This document shows positions 9,448 to 19,107 of a DNA stretch of 64,000 nt, in pieces (within the stretch, counting starts at the first letter, position 1; every line of letters starts with the position of its first letter). The translations under genes were made by a program, and so were the position numbers. The notes under the pieces are model-generated. The model made no database searches. It worked only from the letters and a program-made list of their open reading frames with translations, and was not told where the DNA came from. This DNA is from Armatimonadota bacterium (GTDB taxonomy: Bacteria > Armatimonadota > SYMT01), in the NCBI GenBank assembly GCA_041690135.1, contig JAWLHY010000002.1, positions 1,104,342 through 1,168,341 on the forward strand, in the 5' to 3' direction.

Positions 9448-9764
9448 CGTTCGCCTCCACGGAACCGGTCGTCCCCGGGTGCGCCACTTCTCTCGCATTC
9501 CGACACCCGCTCGCGGGGCCGGTTTCACGGTTGAAGGCGAACGGCGGAGAACCGGGTTCGAGCCTGTTTTCCATCCCCTCTCGTGGTCGTTGTGGAAGCG
9601 AATGAACGCGAGGAGTGGCTGCCCGGAGGTTTGGTGACCGGCGGCGTGGCCTCATTGCACTCCGGGAGGCTCAGCGCTTACCGTAGGTGTTGTGAACATC
9701 AGTACGGAACGGGGAGATTGCAGCGGATGAAATGCGGCGGGTGTTGGTGAATGGGAGGGGGACT

Positions 9765-10988
9765 ATGAGCACTTCTACCTACCATCGACGGGAAGTTCTG
9801 GTTAGATGCGTGGCGCTGCTTTTGGGCGAGCGCGGTCTTGAAGTCTGGGCGGCGGGGCGGCGCGAAGGGAGCGGCGGCGGACCGGCGTCCATCGAGAAGG
9901 TGACGCTCCGGCGCGGGCGGGATGGCTCCGGGCCTTCGTGGTTCCACCCGCGGCCGTGCGTGATCCCGGGTGAGAAGGGGCCGCGCGTCTTCATGACGCT
10001 TCAGACCATCGGCGGCTCGGACTATTTCGGGCCGGTGCACTGGATGGAGTCCGCGGACCGGGGACGGACCTGGACGGAGCCCCGTCCGGTGCCGGCGCTG
10101 GGAAGGCTTCCACTGGACGGGGGACGGGAAGAGGGAGTGTGCGACGTGGTGCCGGAGTATCATCCGCGCACCGAGAGCGTGCTGGCCCTGGGGCACGATG
10201 TTTACTATGGCAGTGGGCGCCTCCTCCGGCCGCAGCCGTCGCGGCGACCCGTCTACGCGGTGTGGCGCAACGGGGCGTGGGGAGAGCGGCGCAAGCTGGC
10301 CTGGGACGACCCGCGCGGCGCCCACATCTACACGAACAACTGCGGCCAGCGGGTGATGCTGCCGAACGGCGACGTGTTGTTCGTGATGTCGTTCGGGGCA
10401 GGGGAGCGGAGCCGCTCGGCCGCCAGCGCGCTCTGCTCATTTGACGGGGAAACGCTGGCGATCCGGAAGGTGGGACCGGAGATCCGCCACGCGGCGGGCC
10501 GGGGCCTGCTGGAGCCCTCGCTGGTGCGTCACGGCGGGAAGTTCTTCGTTACCCTGCGCGCGGAAGATAGCCGGGGCTACGTCGCTGCGTCCGACGAGGG
10601 TCTCGAATGGTCCGAGAAGCAGGCCTGGGCCTGGGACGACGGGCAGTTCCTGGAGATGTCCACCACCCAGCAGCACTGGCTGCCTCACGGGGACCGGCTG
10701 TACCTGGTCTACACCCGGAAGGACCCGTCGAACGTCAACGTAATGCGGTGGCGGGCGCCGCTCTACATGGCGGAGGTGGATACCCGGAAGCTGCGCCTGG
10801 TCCGCGCCACCGAACGAGTGGTGCTCCCCCTTGTGGGGGATGGAGTGAACGCTCCGGACGGCGTGGCGTTGATGGGCAACTTCCACCCGGTGGTCGTCAG
10901 CCCGGAAGAGGCGTGGGTAACGGTGGGGGAGATGCTTCCCCGGCGCGGTTACCGCGGCGACCTTCTCCTTGCCCGGATCCTCTGGTGA
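9765..10988 (+). CDS. Sialidase/BNR-type beta-propeller protein
   Basis: Asp-boxes SADRGRTW and SDEGLEW; twin-arginine-like HRREVL leader. Confidence 0.75.
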   Translation: MSTSTYHRREVLVRCVALLLGERGLEVWAAGRREGSGGGPASIEKVTLRRGRDGSGPSWFHPRPCVIPGEKGPRVFMTLQTIGGSDYFGPVHWMESADRGRTWTEPRPVPALGRLPLDGGREEGVCDVVPEYHPRTESVLALGHDVYYGSGRLLRPQPSRRPVYAVWRNGAWGERRKLAWDDPRGAHIYTNNCGQRVMLPNGDVLFVMSFGAGERSRSAASALCSFDGETLAIRKVGPEIRHAAGRGLLEPSLVRHGGKFFVTLRAEDSRGYVAASDEGLEWSEKQAWAWDDGQFLEMSTTQQHWLPHGDRLYLVYTRKDPSNVNVMRWRAPLYMAEVDTRKLRLVRATERVVLPLVGDGVNAPDGVALMGNFHPVVVSPEEAWVTVGEMLPRRGYRGDLLLARILW

Positions 10989-11159
10989 TGCAGGACGACT
11001 ACGAGGCGGCGTAGCGGCTTCTGGGTCGGCAGGTTGGAAGGTTGAAGGTTGAAGTCCTCCTCGGGAGCCAGAAGGTGAAGGGTGAGGTTGGACTTCGCTC
11101 CGTTCCAACACGCGACTGGCCGTGTGCGCTGATGAAAACCTTCCCTCCTTGGTTCTCCA

Positions 11160-11231
11160 TAGCCTGCGGAGGTTTACGCCCCGAGGGGGTGCAGGCTTCG
11201 CCGTTTGTAGCCGCGAGTTTACTCGCCCAGC
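11160..11231 (+). repeat. REP-like palindromic repeat (AGCCTGCGGAGGCAGGCT family) with an internal insert
   Basis: Matches the reverse complement of 44453-44505 on both sides of a ~18-bp insert. Confidence 0.75.
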
Positions 11232-11276
11232 CGCACACGGCCGGTCATGAATGTGTGGTCATTTTTTCAGTTCCCA

Positions 11277-12008
11277 TCAGTCGCTTCGCTGCGAATCTAG
11301 GTCTACGCGCCACGCACTACGCAGGTGTGTTGATATCAGAGGGGTGAGGAGATCCACCCAGCGCTTCGCGCCGTCGAGGACCACAGAATCGGAGCTGGCC
11401 ACGATGGCGTTCCCGTTGATGAGGGCCTGATCGGGGTTGAACAGGGTCTCGACGGTCCAGTTCCAGCCGTGTTCTTCCGCCATCTCCCGAAGGCGGGCGG
11501 CGAGGCGCCCGCTATTGGAGATGGGGCTATCCAGGAGCCAGCGGACGGAAGCGGGACCCAGGGGTTGGAGAAACTCGCCGAGCAGGCGGATCGCCGGCTC
11601 AGTCTCCTCCACCGAGCGGTACGAGCCGTGGATGCTGGCGATGTCGCGGGTGCACCCGTCGCGGCAGCATAGTAGCACCGCTCCGCTCAAGGCGGCTTCC
11701 AGGGTGATGATCAGGTTGAAGCCGTCCACCGCCAGGTCGTGTCCGCCCATACCCTCGAGCGGTACGCGACTCGCGGCGCGTCGCTCCTTCTCTCCGTCCG
11801 AACAGGCGGCGCGGGACACGGCGACTCGCTGGCGTTCGCTCAGGCGGTAGCGGTCTCCCACCAGCTTCAGTGCCGCTCTTCCCGGGTACTCGTGCGTCAG
11901 CAGCCACGAGAGGTCTCGCACGGCGACCCGCAGCGCAGGAAGTTGCACCTCTCCGAAAAGCTTCGCGTCCTCCGGGTGAGCACCCCGGTGTTTGCGTGTG
12001 TCCGGCAC
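11277..12008 (-). CDS. DUF434 domain protein (PIN-like fold)
   Basis: RKHRGAHPED N-terminus; LVGDRYRL; VDGFNLIIT; DGCTRD; LDSPISNSG; SSDSVVLD. Confidence 0.85.
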   Translation of the reverse strand: MPDTRKHRGAHPEDAKLFGEVQLPALRVAVRDLSWLLTHEYPGRAALKLVGDRYRLSERQRVAVSRAACSDGEKERRAASRVPLEGMGGHDLAVDGFNLIITLEAALSGAVLLCCRDGCTRDIASIHGSYRSVEETEPAIRLLGEFLQPLGPASVRWLLDSPISNSGRLAARLREMAEEHGWNWTVETLFNPDQALINGNAIVASSDSVVLDGAKRWVDLLTPLISTHLRSAWRVDLDSQRSD

Positions 12009-12201
12009 ATCCACCTCTCTTGGATCACCTAAAATGGGAGCCGAAGTTCCGGCCCTACCCTACGGTCCGAGGGAAGTGTACTTGCTGGATACCTCCTGTG
12101 GCGAGTGCCGTGCGGAGCGCCAACTTCTCCCTGTGGAGCGCGCGGGTAGCCGATCCTGCCGGCCCCGCCCTGGCTGCATCCACTCGGGATTTCCGGACAA
12201 T

Positions 12202-12438
12202 CTACATGCCCGCGTCGTTGCGGATTGCGACCAGCTCCACATCGAAGATGAGCGTGGCGTCTGGGGGGATGGCGCCGCCGGGAATGCCGGCCGGCCCATT
12301 CCCAAGGTCGGGCGGAATTACGAGACGGCGTTTCTCTCCGATCCGCATCCCTTCAATTCCCTCTTCGAATCCGGGGATGCAGCTATTCCGGCCCAGCTCG
12401 AAGGAGAACGGCTCGGGGCGATCCACGCTGCGTTCGAT
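12202..12438 (-). pseudogene. C-terminal half of an FKBP-type peptidyl-prolyl isomerase
   Basis: PFSFELG..CIPGFEEGIEGMRIGEKRRLVIPPDLG...IPPDATLIFDVELV. An in-frame TGA lies just upstream, and the N-terminal VHYxG/FDSS half is missing. Confidence 0.75.
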
Positions 12439-12715
12439 GGTTCAACGTGTGGCGGAGCGCCCCGCGATTATCCGGGCGCTCGAGCCGCCGCGAGCCCTAC
12501 CCGTCCTGCTCCATGGCTCCTTTGCCTGCCAGGTGCGCGCCCCGGTGCTTGCGTGTGTCTGGCATTCCACGAAATCCCCGATATGAACTATTTCACAACC
12601 ATCCTAAGAGGTCTTGCGCCTACCTTTCCACCGGCGTATATCTCCGTTTCGGAGACGAGAGACGGCCGCCGGGTCTCCCCACGAAAACGGCGGCCCTTGC
12701 TACGGAACCAGTGGT

Positions 12716-15700
12716 ATGAAGCAGATCCAGGCGGCCGTCGGAGCCGCCGTCCTACTGGCCGGGTCCCTTACCGCGATCACGAGCGCTACCGCTCAGATCG
12801 GGAGTGTCACCATCCAGGTCGACGCGAGCGCGGACCGGCATCCGATCGATCCGAACATTTACGGTACAGCCTATGCCACCCCCGCCCAACTGGCGGACCT
12901 GAACGCGCCCTTGAACCGGTACGGAGGGAACAACGCCAGCCGTTACAACTGGCAGCTCAACGCCGACAACCGCGGCTTCGACTGGTACTTCCAGAGCGTA
13001 CCCGAAGCCAACGCCACGCCCGGCGAACGGGGTGACCGCCTCATCCGGGAGGCACGGGCCGGGGGCGCGGAGGCGTTGATCACCATTCCGGCCCTGGGTT
13101 GGGTCGCCAAGCTCGGGCCCAACCGGACGAAGCTGGCCAGCTTCTCCATTGCCAAGTACGGAGCCCAGACGGGCCGCGACTGGCAGTGGTTCCCCGACGC
13201 GGGGAACGGCATCAGCTCAGCGACCAACCAGCCGATCACCGGGAACGATCCCCACGACGCGAACATCCCCGTGGACGAAACCTTCCAACAGGGGTGGGTC
13301 CAGCAACTGGTCAACACCTGGGGCAGCGCGCAGAACGGCGGCCTCAAGTACTACGTGCTGGATAACGAGCCGACCATCTGGCACAGCACCCACCGCGACG
13401 TACACCCGGTGGGCGCCACGATGGACGAGATCCGGGACAAACTGGTCAACCATGCCCGGATGATCAAGAACGTGGACCCGACCGCCACCGTGATGGGGCC
13501 GGAGGAGTGGGGTTGGTCCGGGTACCTGTTCAGCGGCTACGACCTTCAGTGGGGCGAGAAGAACGGCTGGGGGGATTGGAGCCGGCTGCCGGACCGCAAG
13601 GCGCACGGCGGCATGGACTTCATGCCGTGGCTGCTCGACCAGTTCCGGCAGGAGCACCAGTCCAGCGGCCGGCGCCTGCTCGACGTGTTTACCGTCCACT
13701 ATTATCCCCAGGGCGGCGAGTACTCGGACAACACCAGTTCCACGATGCAGCTTCGCCGCAACCGCTCCACGCGCAGCCTGTGGGACCCGAATTACGTGGA
13801 TGAGACGTGGATCAACGACCGTGTCCGCCTGATCCCGCGCCTGAAGGAGTGGGTCAACACCTACTATCCGGAGACTCCCATCGGCCTGACCGAGTACAAC
13901 TGGGGCGCCGAGCAGCACATCAACGGGGCCACCGCCCAGGCCGACGTCTACGGCATCTTTGGGCGCGAAGGCCTGGATATGGGCTGTCGCTGGACCACTC
14001 CGCCCACCGGTTCACCGACCTACCAGGCGATGAAGCTGTACCGGAACTACGACGGCCACAAGAGCACCTTCGGTGACATCAGCGTTCGCGCAGTGGCCCC
14101 GAACCCGGACCACGTGTCGGCCTTCGCCGCCGAGCGGACCGCCGACGGCGCGCTGACAGTGATGGTCATCAACAAGCAGTTGACGACTAGCCAGCCGATC
14201 ACCCTCAACGTGGCCAACTTCCCGAGCGCCGTCCGGGCCGAGCCGTGGCAGTTGACCTCCGCCAACCAGATTACGCGGCTGCCGGACCTGGCCGTGAGCA
14301 ACGGCACGTTTTCCACCACACTGCCCGCGCAGAGCATCACCCTGTTCGTGCTCTCGGCCGGGGGGACGCCACCCCCTCCGCCCCCGCCCGGGGATCCGCT
14401 CTTCGCCTCTTCGCTGGCCGCCCAGCCATCCTCGCTGGTGATCGGCGGGGCGACCACGCTGACCGCGAACGTCTCCTGCACGGGCGGCACCCTGAACGGC
14501 GGGGTGGTGGATCTCTCCATCTACAACGGGTCCGGAACCCGCGTGGCCCAGCGCCTCTGGGAGGGGGAGAGCTTTACTGCCAACCAGGAGAAGAGCTACA
14601 GCTACGCCTGGACGCCCGGAGCCGTGGGGAACTACACGGTCAGCCTGCGGGTCACGGGTGCCGGCGGTGCGCCCGAGTATCACCTGAACAGCGGCGGCGC
14701 GACCGTATCGGTCACGCAGGCGCCCACGGCGGACCCGGTCTTCATCACGAGCGCCTCGGGCAATCCACCTTCCGTGGCTCCCGGAGGTGCCGTGACGCTG
14801 ACCGCCTTCGTGCGCTGCGCGGAAGGAAGCCTGACGGAAGGGCTGATCGACTTCGAGGTCTACAACTCGAGCGGCGCGAAGGTGGGACAGCAGTTCTGGA
14901 GCGGCGAGAGCTTCGCGCCGGGACAGGAAAAGAGCTACACCTTCGCCTGGACCGCCCCGGCGGCCCCCGGCACCTACACCCTGAAGGTGGGCGTGTTCGG
15001 GACTAACTGGAACCCGATGTACCACTGGAACTGGGACGCCGGGACGGTAACGGTCACCGGCACCCCGGCGCCGGATCCCGTGTTCTCCAGCAGCGCGTCG
15101 GTTTCCCCGGCCACGCTGCCGGGCGGCGGCACCAGCACCATCACGGCGCGGGTCACGCCCACCACGGGCAGCCTGGTCAACGGGATCATTGATGTGGAAG
15201 TCTACAGCTCCGGTGGGGCGAAGGTCGGCCAGAAGATCTGGAGCGCCCAGTCCCTGGCGACGAACCAGGAGGGCGTGTACACCTACGATTGGACGGCCCC
15301 GACCGCCGGCGGCACCTACATCGTAAAGATCGGAGTCTTCGCCGAGGGTTGGAGCAAGCAGCACCACTGGAACAACAACGCCGCGACGCTCACGGTCACG
15401 CAGACGAACCCGGACCCCACCTTCGCCAGCACCGCCTCCGCGCAGCCGGCGACAATCGCGGCCGGGGGCAGCACCACGATCACCGCGCTGATCACTCCGA
15501 CGAGCGGCGCGTTGAACGCCGGTATCATCGACATCGAGGTCTACAGCCCCACGGGTGCGAAGGTCGGCCAGAAGATCTGGGACAACGTCTCGTTGGCGAC
15601 CCAACAGGCCGGTACCTTCTCCTATAACTGGACGGCTCCGGCCACCGGCGGCAGCTATACCGTGAAGATCGGTGTCTTCGCCTCCGGGTGGGTCAAGCAG

Positions 15701-16132
15701 TTCCATTGGAACAACGGCGCAGCCACCATCGGCGTGACGCAGACGACGGTGGATCCTGTATTCGTCACCAGCGCTTCCGCCCAGCCCGCGACCCTGGCTC
15801 CGGGCCAGACGACCACCGTCACGGCCATCGTCCAGTGCACGGAGGGTGGATTGAATCGCGGCGTGATCGATGTGGAGATCTACGACGCGGCGGGCACCAA
15901 GGTCGGACAGAAGTTCTGGTCGCTCGAGTCGATCCCCGCCGGCGCACAGAAGAGCTACACCTATGCCTGGACGGCGCCCGCTACCCCGGGCACCTACACG
16001 CTGAAGGTGGGGGTGTTCGGGACAGACTGGAACCCGCTCTACCACTGGAACTGGGACGCCGGCAAGGTGACCGTGAGCCAGACCACCGCGACGACGAAGC
16101 GCAAAAAGACGAGCCGGAGGTCTCGACGATAA
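12716..16132 (+). CDS. Secreted GH44 endoglucanase/xyloglucanase with a Pro linker and five tandem ~113-aa beta-rich repeats
   Basis: Signal peptide; RYGGNNASRYNW; LDNEP and TEYNWG catalytic motifs; repeats start at ~14391, 14732, 15073, 15412 and 15752. Confidence 0.92.
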   Translation: MKQIQAAVGAAVLLAGSLTAITSATAQIGSVTIQVDASADRHPIDPNIYGTAYATPAQLADLNAPLNRYGGNNASRYNWQLNADNRGFDWYFQSVPEANATPGERGDRLIREARAGGAEALITIPALGWVAKLGPNRTKLASFSIAKYGAQTGRDWQWFPDAGNGISSATNQPITGNDPHDANIPVDETFQQGWVQQLVNTWGSAQNGGLKYYVLDNEPTIWHSTHRDVHPVGATMDEIRDKLVNHARMIKNVDPTATVMGPEEWGWSGYLFSGYDLQWGEKNGWGDWSRLPDRKAHGGMDFMPWLLDQFRQEHQSSGRRLLDVFTVHYYPQGGEYSDNTSSTMQLRRNRSTRSLWDPNYVDETWINDRVRLIPRLKEWVNTYYPETPIGLTEYNWGAEQHINGATAQADVYGIFGREGLDMGCRWTTPPTGSPTYQAMKLYRNYDGHKSTFGDISVRAVAPNPDHVSAFAAERTADGALTVMVINKQLTTSQPITLNVANFPSAVRAEPWQLTSANQITRLPDLAVSNGTFSTTLPAQSITLFVLSAGGTPPPPPPPGDPLFASSLAAQPSSLVIGGATTLTANVSCTGGTLNGGVVDLSIYNGSGTRVAQRLWEGESFTANQEKSYSYAWTPGAVGNYTVSLRVTGAGGAPEYHLNSGGATVSVTQAPTADPVFITSASGNPPSVAPGGAVTLTAFVRCAEGSLTEGLIDFEVYNSSGAKVGQQFWSGESFAPGQEKSYTFAWTAPAAPGTYTLKVGVFGTNWNPMYHWNWDAGTVTVTGTPAPDPVFSSSASVSPATLPGGGTSTITARVTPTTGSLVNGIIDVEVYSSGGAKVGQKIWSAQSLATNQEGVYTYDWTAPTAGGTYIVKIGVFAEGWSKQHHWNNNAATLTVTQTNPDPTFASTASAQPATIAAGGSTTITALITPTSGALNAGIIDIEVYSPTGAKVGQKIWDNVSLATQQAGTFSYNWTAPATGGSYTVKIGVFASGWVKQFHWNNGAATIGVTQTTVDPVFVTSASAQPATLAPGQTTTVTAIVQCTEGGLNRGVIDVEIYDAAGTKVGQKFWSLESIPAGAQKSYTYAWTAPATPGTYTLKVGVFGTDWNPLYHWNWDAGKVTVSQTTATTKRKKTSRRSRR

Positions 16133-16151
16133 CCGAGAGGCAATAGGCGCG

Positions 16152-16193
16152 AAGAGGGGGATGGGCGGAAGAGCCGCTCATCCCCCTCTTTGT
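16152..16193 (+). terminator. Hairpin terminator after the GH44 gene
   Basis: AAGAGGGGGATG...CATCCCCCTCTT stem followed by T residues. Confidence 0.65.
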
Positions 16194-16281
16194 GAGTCCA
16201 CTTGTGCGGCTGTTCGTTTTGCCGTTCGGGAGCCGGGGTAACGGTGTGGCGTAATCCTTCCAGCGTAAGGAGAGGCGATCC

Positions 16282-16572
16282 ATGCGACGAACAGACACGA
16301 TGACGGAACACACGATGGATGAGGAGTTTGAAGGCGTTGTAACGGACACAGGCGAGGTGCGGACACTAGGGCGAGATGCCGCCGGCACCCAGCCGCAGAG
16401 CGGCGTTTCGCAGGGTACCCTGGGTCATGACACCGTTGGAGTCACTCCGACGGGAGAAGTGGGTCAGGGCTCGGCCAATGGGGACCTCTCCGGAGGCGCG
16501 CCGGTTGGCATTGAGGATACCGGCTCCACCGCCGGCCGCGAATCCGTCCGAGGTGCGGCCGGTCAGGAATAG
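16282..16572 (+). CDS. Small acidic, Gly/Thr-rich hypothetical protein
   Basis: ORF with AGGAGAGG RBS; fills the gap between flanking genes. Confidence 0.6.
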   Translation: MRRTDTMTEHTMDEEFEGVVTDTGEVRTLGRDAAGTQPQSGVSQGTLGHDTVGVTPTGEVGQGSANGDLSGGAPVGIEDTGSTAGRESVRGAAGQE

Positions 16573-16576
16573 ATCA

Positions 16577-17236
16577 TTACAGGTGCTTCTGGAACCAGTC
16601 GCGGGTGAGGCGGGCAACCTCTTCCAGGGTGCCGGGCTCCTCAAACAGGTGGGTCGCTCCGGGCACGAGCACCATCTCTTTTTCGCAGCGGAGTTGGGCC
16701 AGCGCCTCTTCGTTCATCTCGATTACCGGGTGGTCGAGGCTCCCGACGATGAGCAGGGTCGGGACGGTGACCCGCGCCAGGGCCGGACCCGCGAGGTCCG
16801 GTCGGCCTCCGCGAGAGACCACGGCTCCCACCTGGGTCGAGCTAGCCGCCGCCGCGACCAGGGCGGCGCCACCGCCAGTGCTGGCGCCGAAGTAGCCCAC
16901 TTTCAGGTCCTGCGACTCCGGCTGGAGCCGCAGCCATTCCTTCGCCCCCACGAGGCGTTCGGCGAGCATGTCGATATCGAAGCGAAGGTGCCGGGTCCGG
17001 AGATCGACCGCCTCTTCCTGCGGGGTGAGGAGATCGATCAACAGGGTCCCCAGGCCGCCTTCCTGGAGTGCTTTCGCCACGAAGCGGTTCCGGCTGCTGT
17101 GGCGGCTGCTGCCGCTGCCGTGAGCGAAGAGAACAACGCCGCGGGCGTCTGCGGGAACAACGAGGTTTCCGTCTAGAACCACGGGCCCGGCGTTGACACG
17201 GACCTCTCGTTCCTGCTGGCTGGTGGATGTGCGCAT
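16577..17236 (-). CDS. Dienelactone-hydrolase-like alpha/beta hydrolase (PRT-associated type)
   Basis: FAHGSGSSRHS; GYFGASTG; SRGGRPDL; GATHLFEE; GGGAGG RBS. Confidence 0.9.
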   Translation of the reverse strand: MRTSTSQQEREVRVNAGPVVLDGNLVVPADARGVVLFAHGSGSSRHSSRNRFVAKALQEGGLGTLLIDLLTPQEEAVDLRTRHLRFDIDMLAERLVGAKEWLRLQPESQDLKVGYFGASTGGGAALVAAAASSTQVGAVVSRGGRPDLAGPALARVTVPTLLIVGSLDHPVIEMNEEALAQLRCEKEMVLVPGATHLFEEPGTLEEVARLTRDWFQKHL

Positions 17237-17469
17237 CGGTGTGATCCTCCCAGGCCCATGGTGCCCATTCGGCACGTCAGCTACACGCGGAGTGGGACGA
17301 TCCGCCGAGTGGGGCGATCCGCGAATTGCGCGAATAAGGCGAATGGGAGAGACGAGGTGGGGGAGGGAGAGTGGAGGGGAGGGAGAGTGGAGGGGAGGGT
17401 GGAAGCGTGCGGGACTCGCCGGACATTGGGACACTTTGCGGCAATGGGAAGTCGGCTTGCGTGTACGGT

Positions 17470-17745
17470 GAGCGGGCATCATCCTGATCGGGGACGGCGA
17501 CTGGGTGATACCGCATTATCCCTCCCGGCTGCTTTGGCGGGCGAGACGCCCGCCCCACTTCCGCCGGCTACCGGGGTACATTCCGGGTGCGAAGGCATGG
17601 TGCTGGTCGGGGACAGCCCTCTGCTCCGCCGGGTGTATGACACCGACCCTACCGCTACCCCCATTGCTACCGGTTTGCGTTCCGGGTGCGGGGGCACGAT
17701 TCTGGTTGGGGATAGCCTATGCCCTGCAGAGTGTACTCCACCGCG
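17470..17745 (+). repeat. Degenerate direct repeats, ~100-120 bp period (TTCCGGGTGCG..GGCA....CTGGT.GGGGAYAGC)
   Basis: Copies at ~17475 (partial), ~17575 and ~17675; a related copy at ~35355-35405. Confidence 0.65.
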
Positions 17746-18010
17746 TGTACGCCCCGACCCTCCCCACGCACTTGCGGGATTCGGGTAGGTGTGAGGGTTA
17801 CCGCGTATTCGGGGCCGCACGGCTACCGCACCTGTCGGCCCACCGTGAAGCCAGCATGGAGGCTTTAGGGGAATGGTCGCAGTCCCTTCCCTAGAGTGTG
17901 GTTTCGCACCTGTCGGCCAACCGTGCAGTGCCTCTGGTTGGCCTGCGGGACGGCGAGCCTGGGTGCGGAGCGGGTGTTTGTTAATGGGCGCTTTAGTAGC
18001 GAGCGGCTCA

Positions 18011-18967
18011 CTAGGTCACGGCGCCGAGGTGGGCGCCCCAGCGATTGGCGAGGCGGCGGCCGGTCGTGCCCAAAGCCTGCTTCTCTTGATCGGTGAGGGG
18101 CTGGAAGCGGCGGGCGCGGGCGACGTTCTGGTGCAGCTCCTCGCGGGTGGCCATCCCGATGACGGCGAGGGAGACGTGGGGGACGGAGAGCGCGTACCGG
18201 AAGGCGGAGTCCAGGTGTTCGCGCGGCATCTTGGAGTTGCTCATGCTCTTGTCGGAGTAGACCATGCCCCCGAATACCTTCATCGCGACGAGCCCGACCT
18301 GCTGCTTCGCCGCCACCGGCCACACCTTTTGCTCGAAGCCGTAGGTGTGACGATCGACGAAGTTGACCGCACACATGATCACGTCGAGATCGAAGTCCTG
18401 CAGCACGCGGAGGAACTTGTGCGGACGGTGGTGGCCGGTGACGCCAATGAAGCGGGTGAGACCCTCGCGCTTCGCCTTGATGAGGGCAGGGAGAATGCCG
18501 TTCTTGCTGGCGACGGTCCGTAGGTCGAGGTCTCCCAGGGAGTGGACATAGACCAGGTCGGCGTGGTCGGTCTTGAGCTCCTTAAGGTTGCGCTCCAGCA
18601 TGCGGAGGGCAGCGTCACCCCGGGCCTCGTGGCACTTGGTGGCCAGGAATAGATCCTTGCGGCGGGAGCGGATCACCTGACCGAGCTGCGCCTGAGCGCG
18701 GCCGTACCCGGTGTGGGTGGGGGCCGTATCGAAGTAGTTGACGCCGAGATCGATCGCCTCGTGGTAGAGGTCCGCCCCGATCTGCAGGCTCCGGCGGATG
18801 CCGGCGGGCGCCGTTCCGAAGCCAAGGATGGGCACCTTCACGCCGGTCCGGCCCAGGGTGCGCTGGGGGATGGGCGCCTTCTCGGACGCTTCCAATGCGT
18901 CTTCGCTGCCCAGCACCAGGGCGCCGGTGGCTGCCAGAAACTCCCGGCGGTTCAGGGATCGCTCCAT
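18011..18967 (-). CDS. Aldo/keto reductase with Tat signal
   Basis: NRREFL; RTLGRTG; YFDTA; LATK; IGVTGH. Confidence 0.9.
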   Translation of the reverse strand: MERSLNRREFLAATGALVLGSEDALEASEKAPIPQRTLGRTGVKVPILGFGTAPAGIRRSLQIGADLYHEAIDLGVNYFDTAPTHTGYGRAQAQLGQVIRSRRKDLFLATKCHEARGDAALRMLERNLKELKTDHADLVYVHSLGDLDLRTVASKNGILPALIKAKREGLTRFIGVTGHHRPHKFLRVLQDFDLDVIMCAVNFVDRHTYGFEQKVWPVAAKQQVGLVAMKVFGGMVYSDKSMSNSKMPREHLDSAFRYALSVPHVSLAVIGMATREELHQNVARARRFQPLTDQEKQALGTTGRRLANRWGAHLGAVT

Positions 18968-19056
18968 TGGTCGTTCTCCAGGCTCTCGCTTACTCAAGCT
19001 GAGCTTCCCCGGCGCGAGTACCCTGAAACATCGGATCTGTGGGCTACCCCATGAAG

Positions 19057-19091
19057 AACGGGCAATCCGTGCGGTTCACGGATTGCCCGTT
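19057..19091. terminator. Perfect 15-bp hairpin downstream of the PRT gene
   Basis: AACGGGCAATCCGTG-cggtt-CACGGATTGCCCGTT. Confidence 0.6.
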
Positions 19092-19107
19092 GGCTATTGA
19101 GCCTGGA

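Noticed and set aside
11992-13035. 347-aa plus-strand ORF
   Set aside because: It is antisense to the FKBP relic and out of frame with GH44, with no recognisable motifs.
14012-16045. 677-aa minus-strand ORF
   Set aside because: Shadow ORF of the GC-rich GH44 gene.
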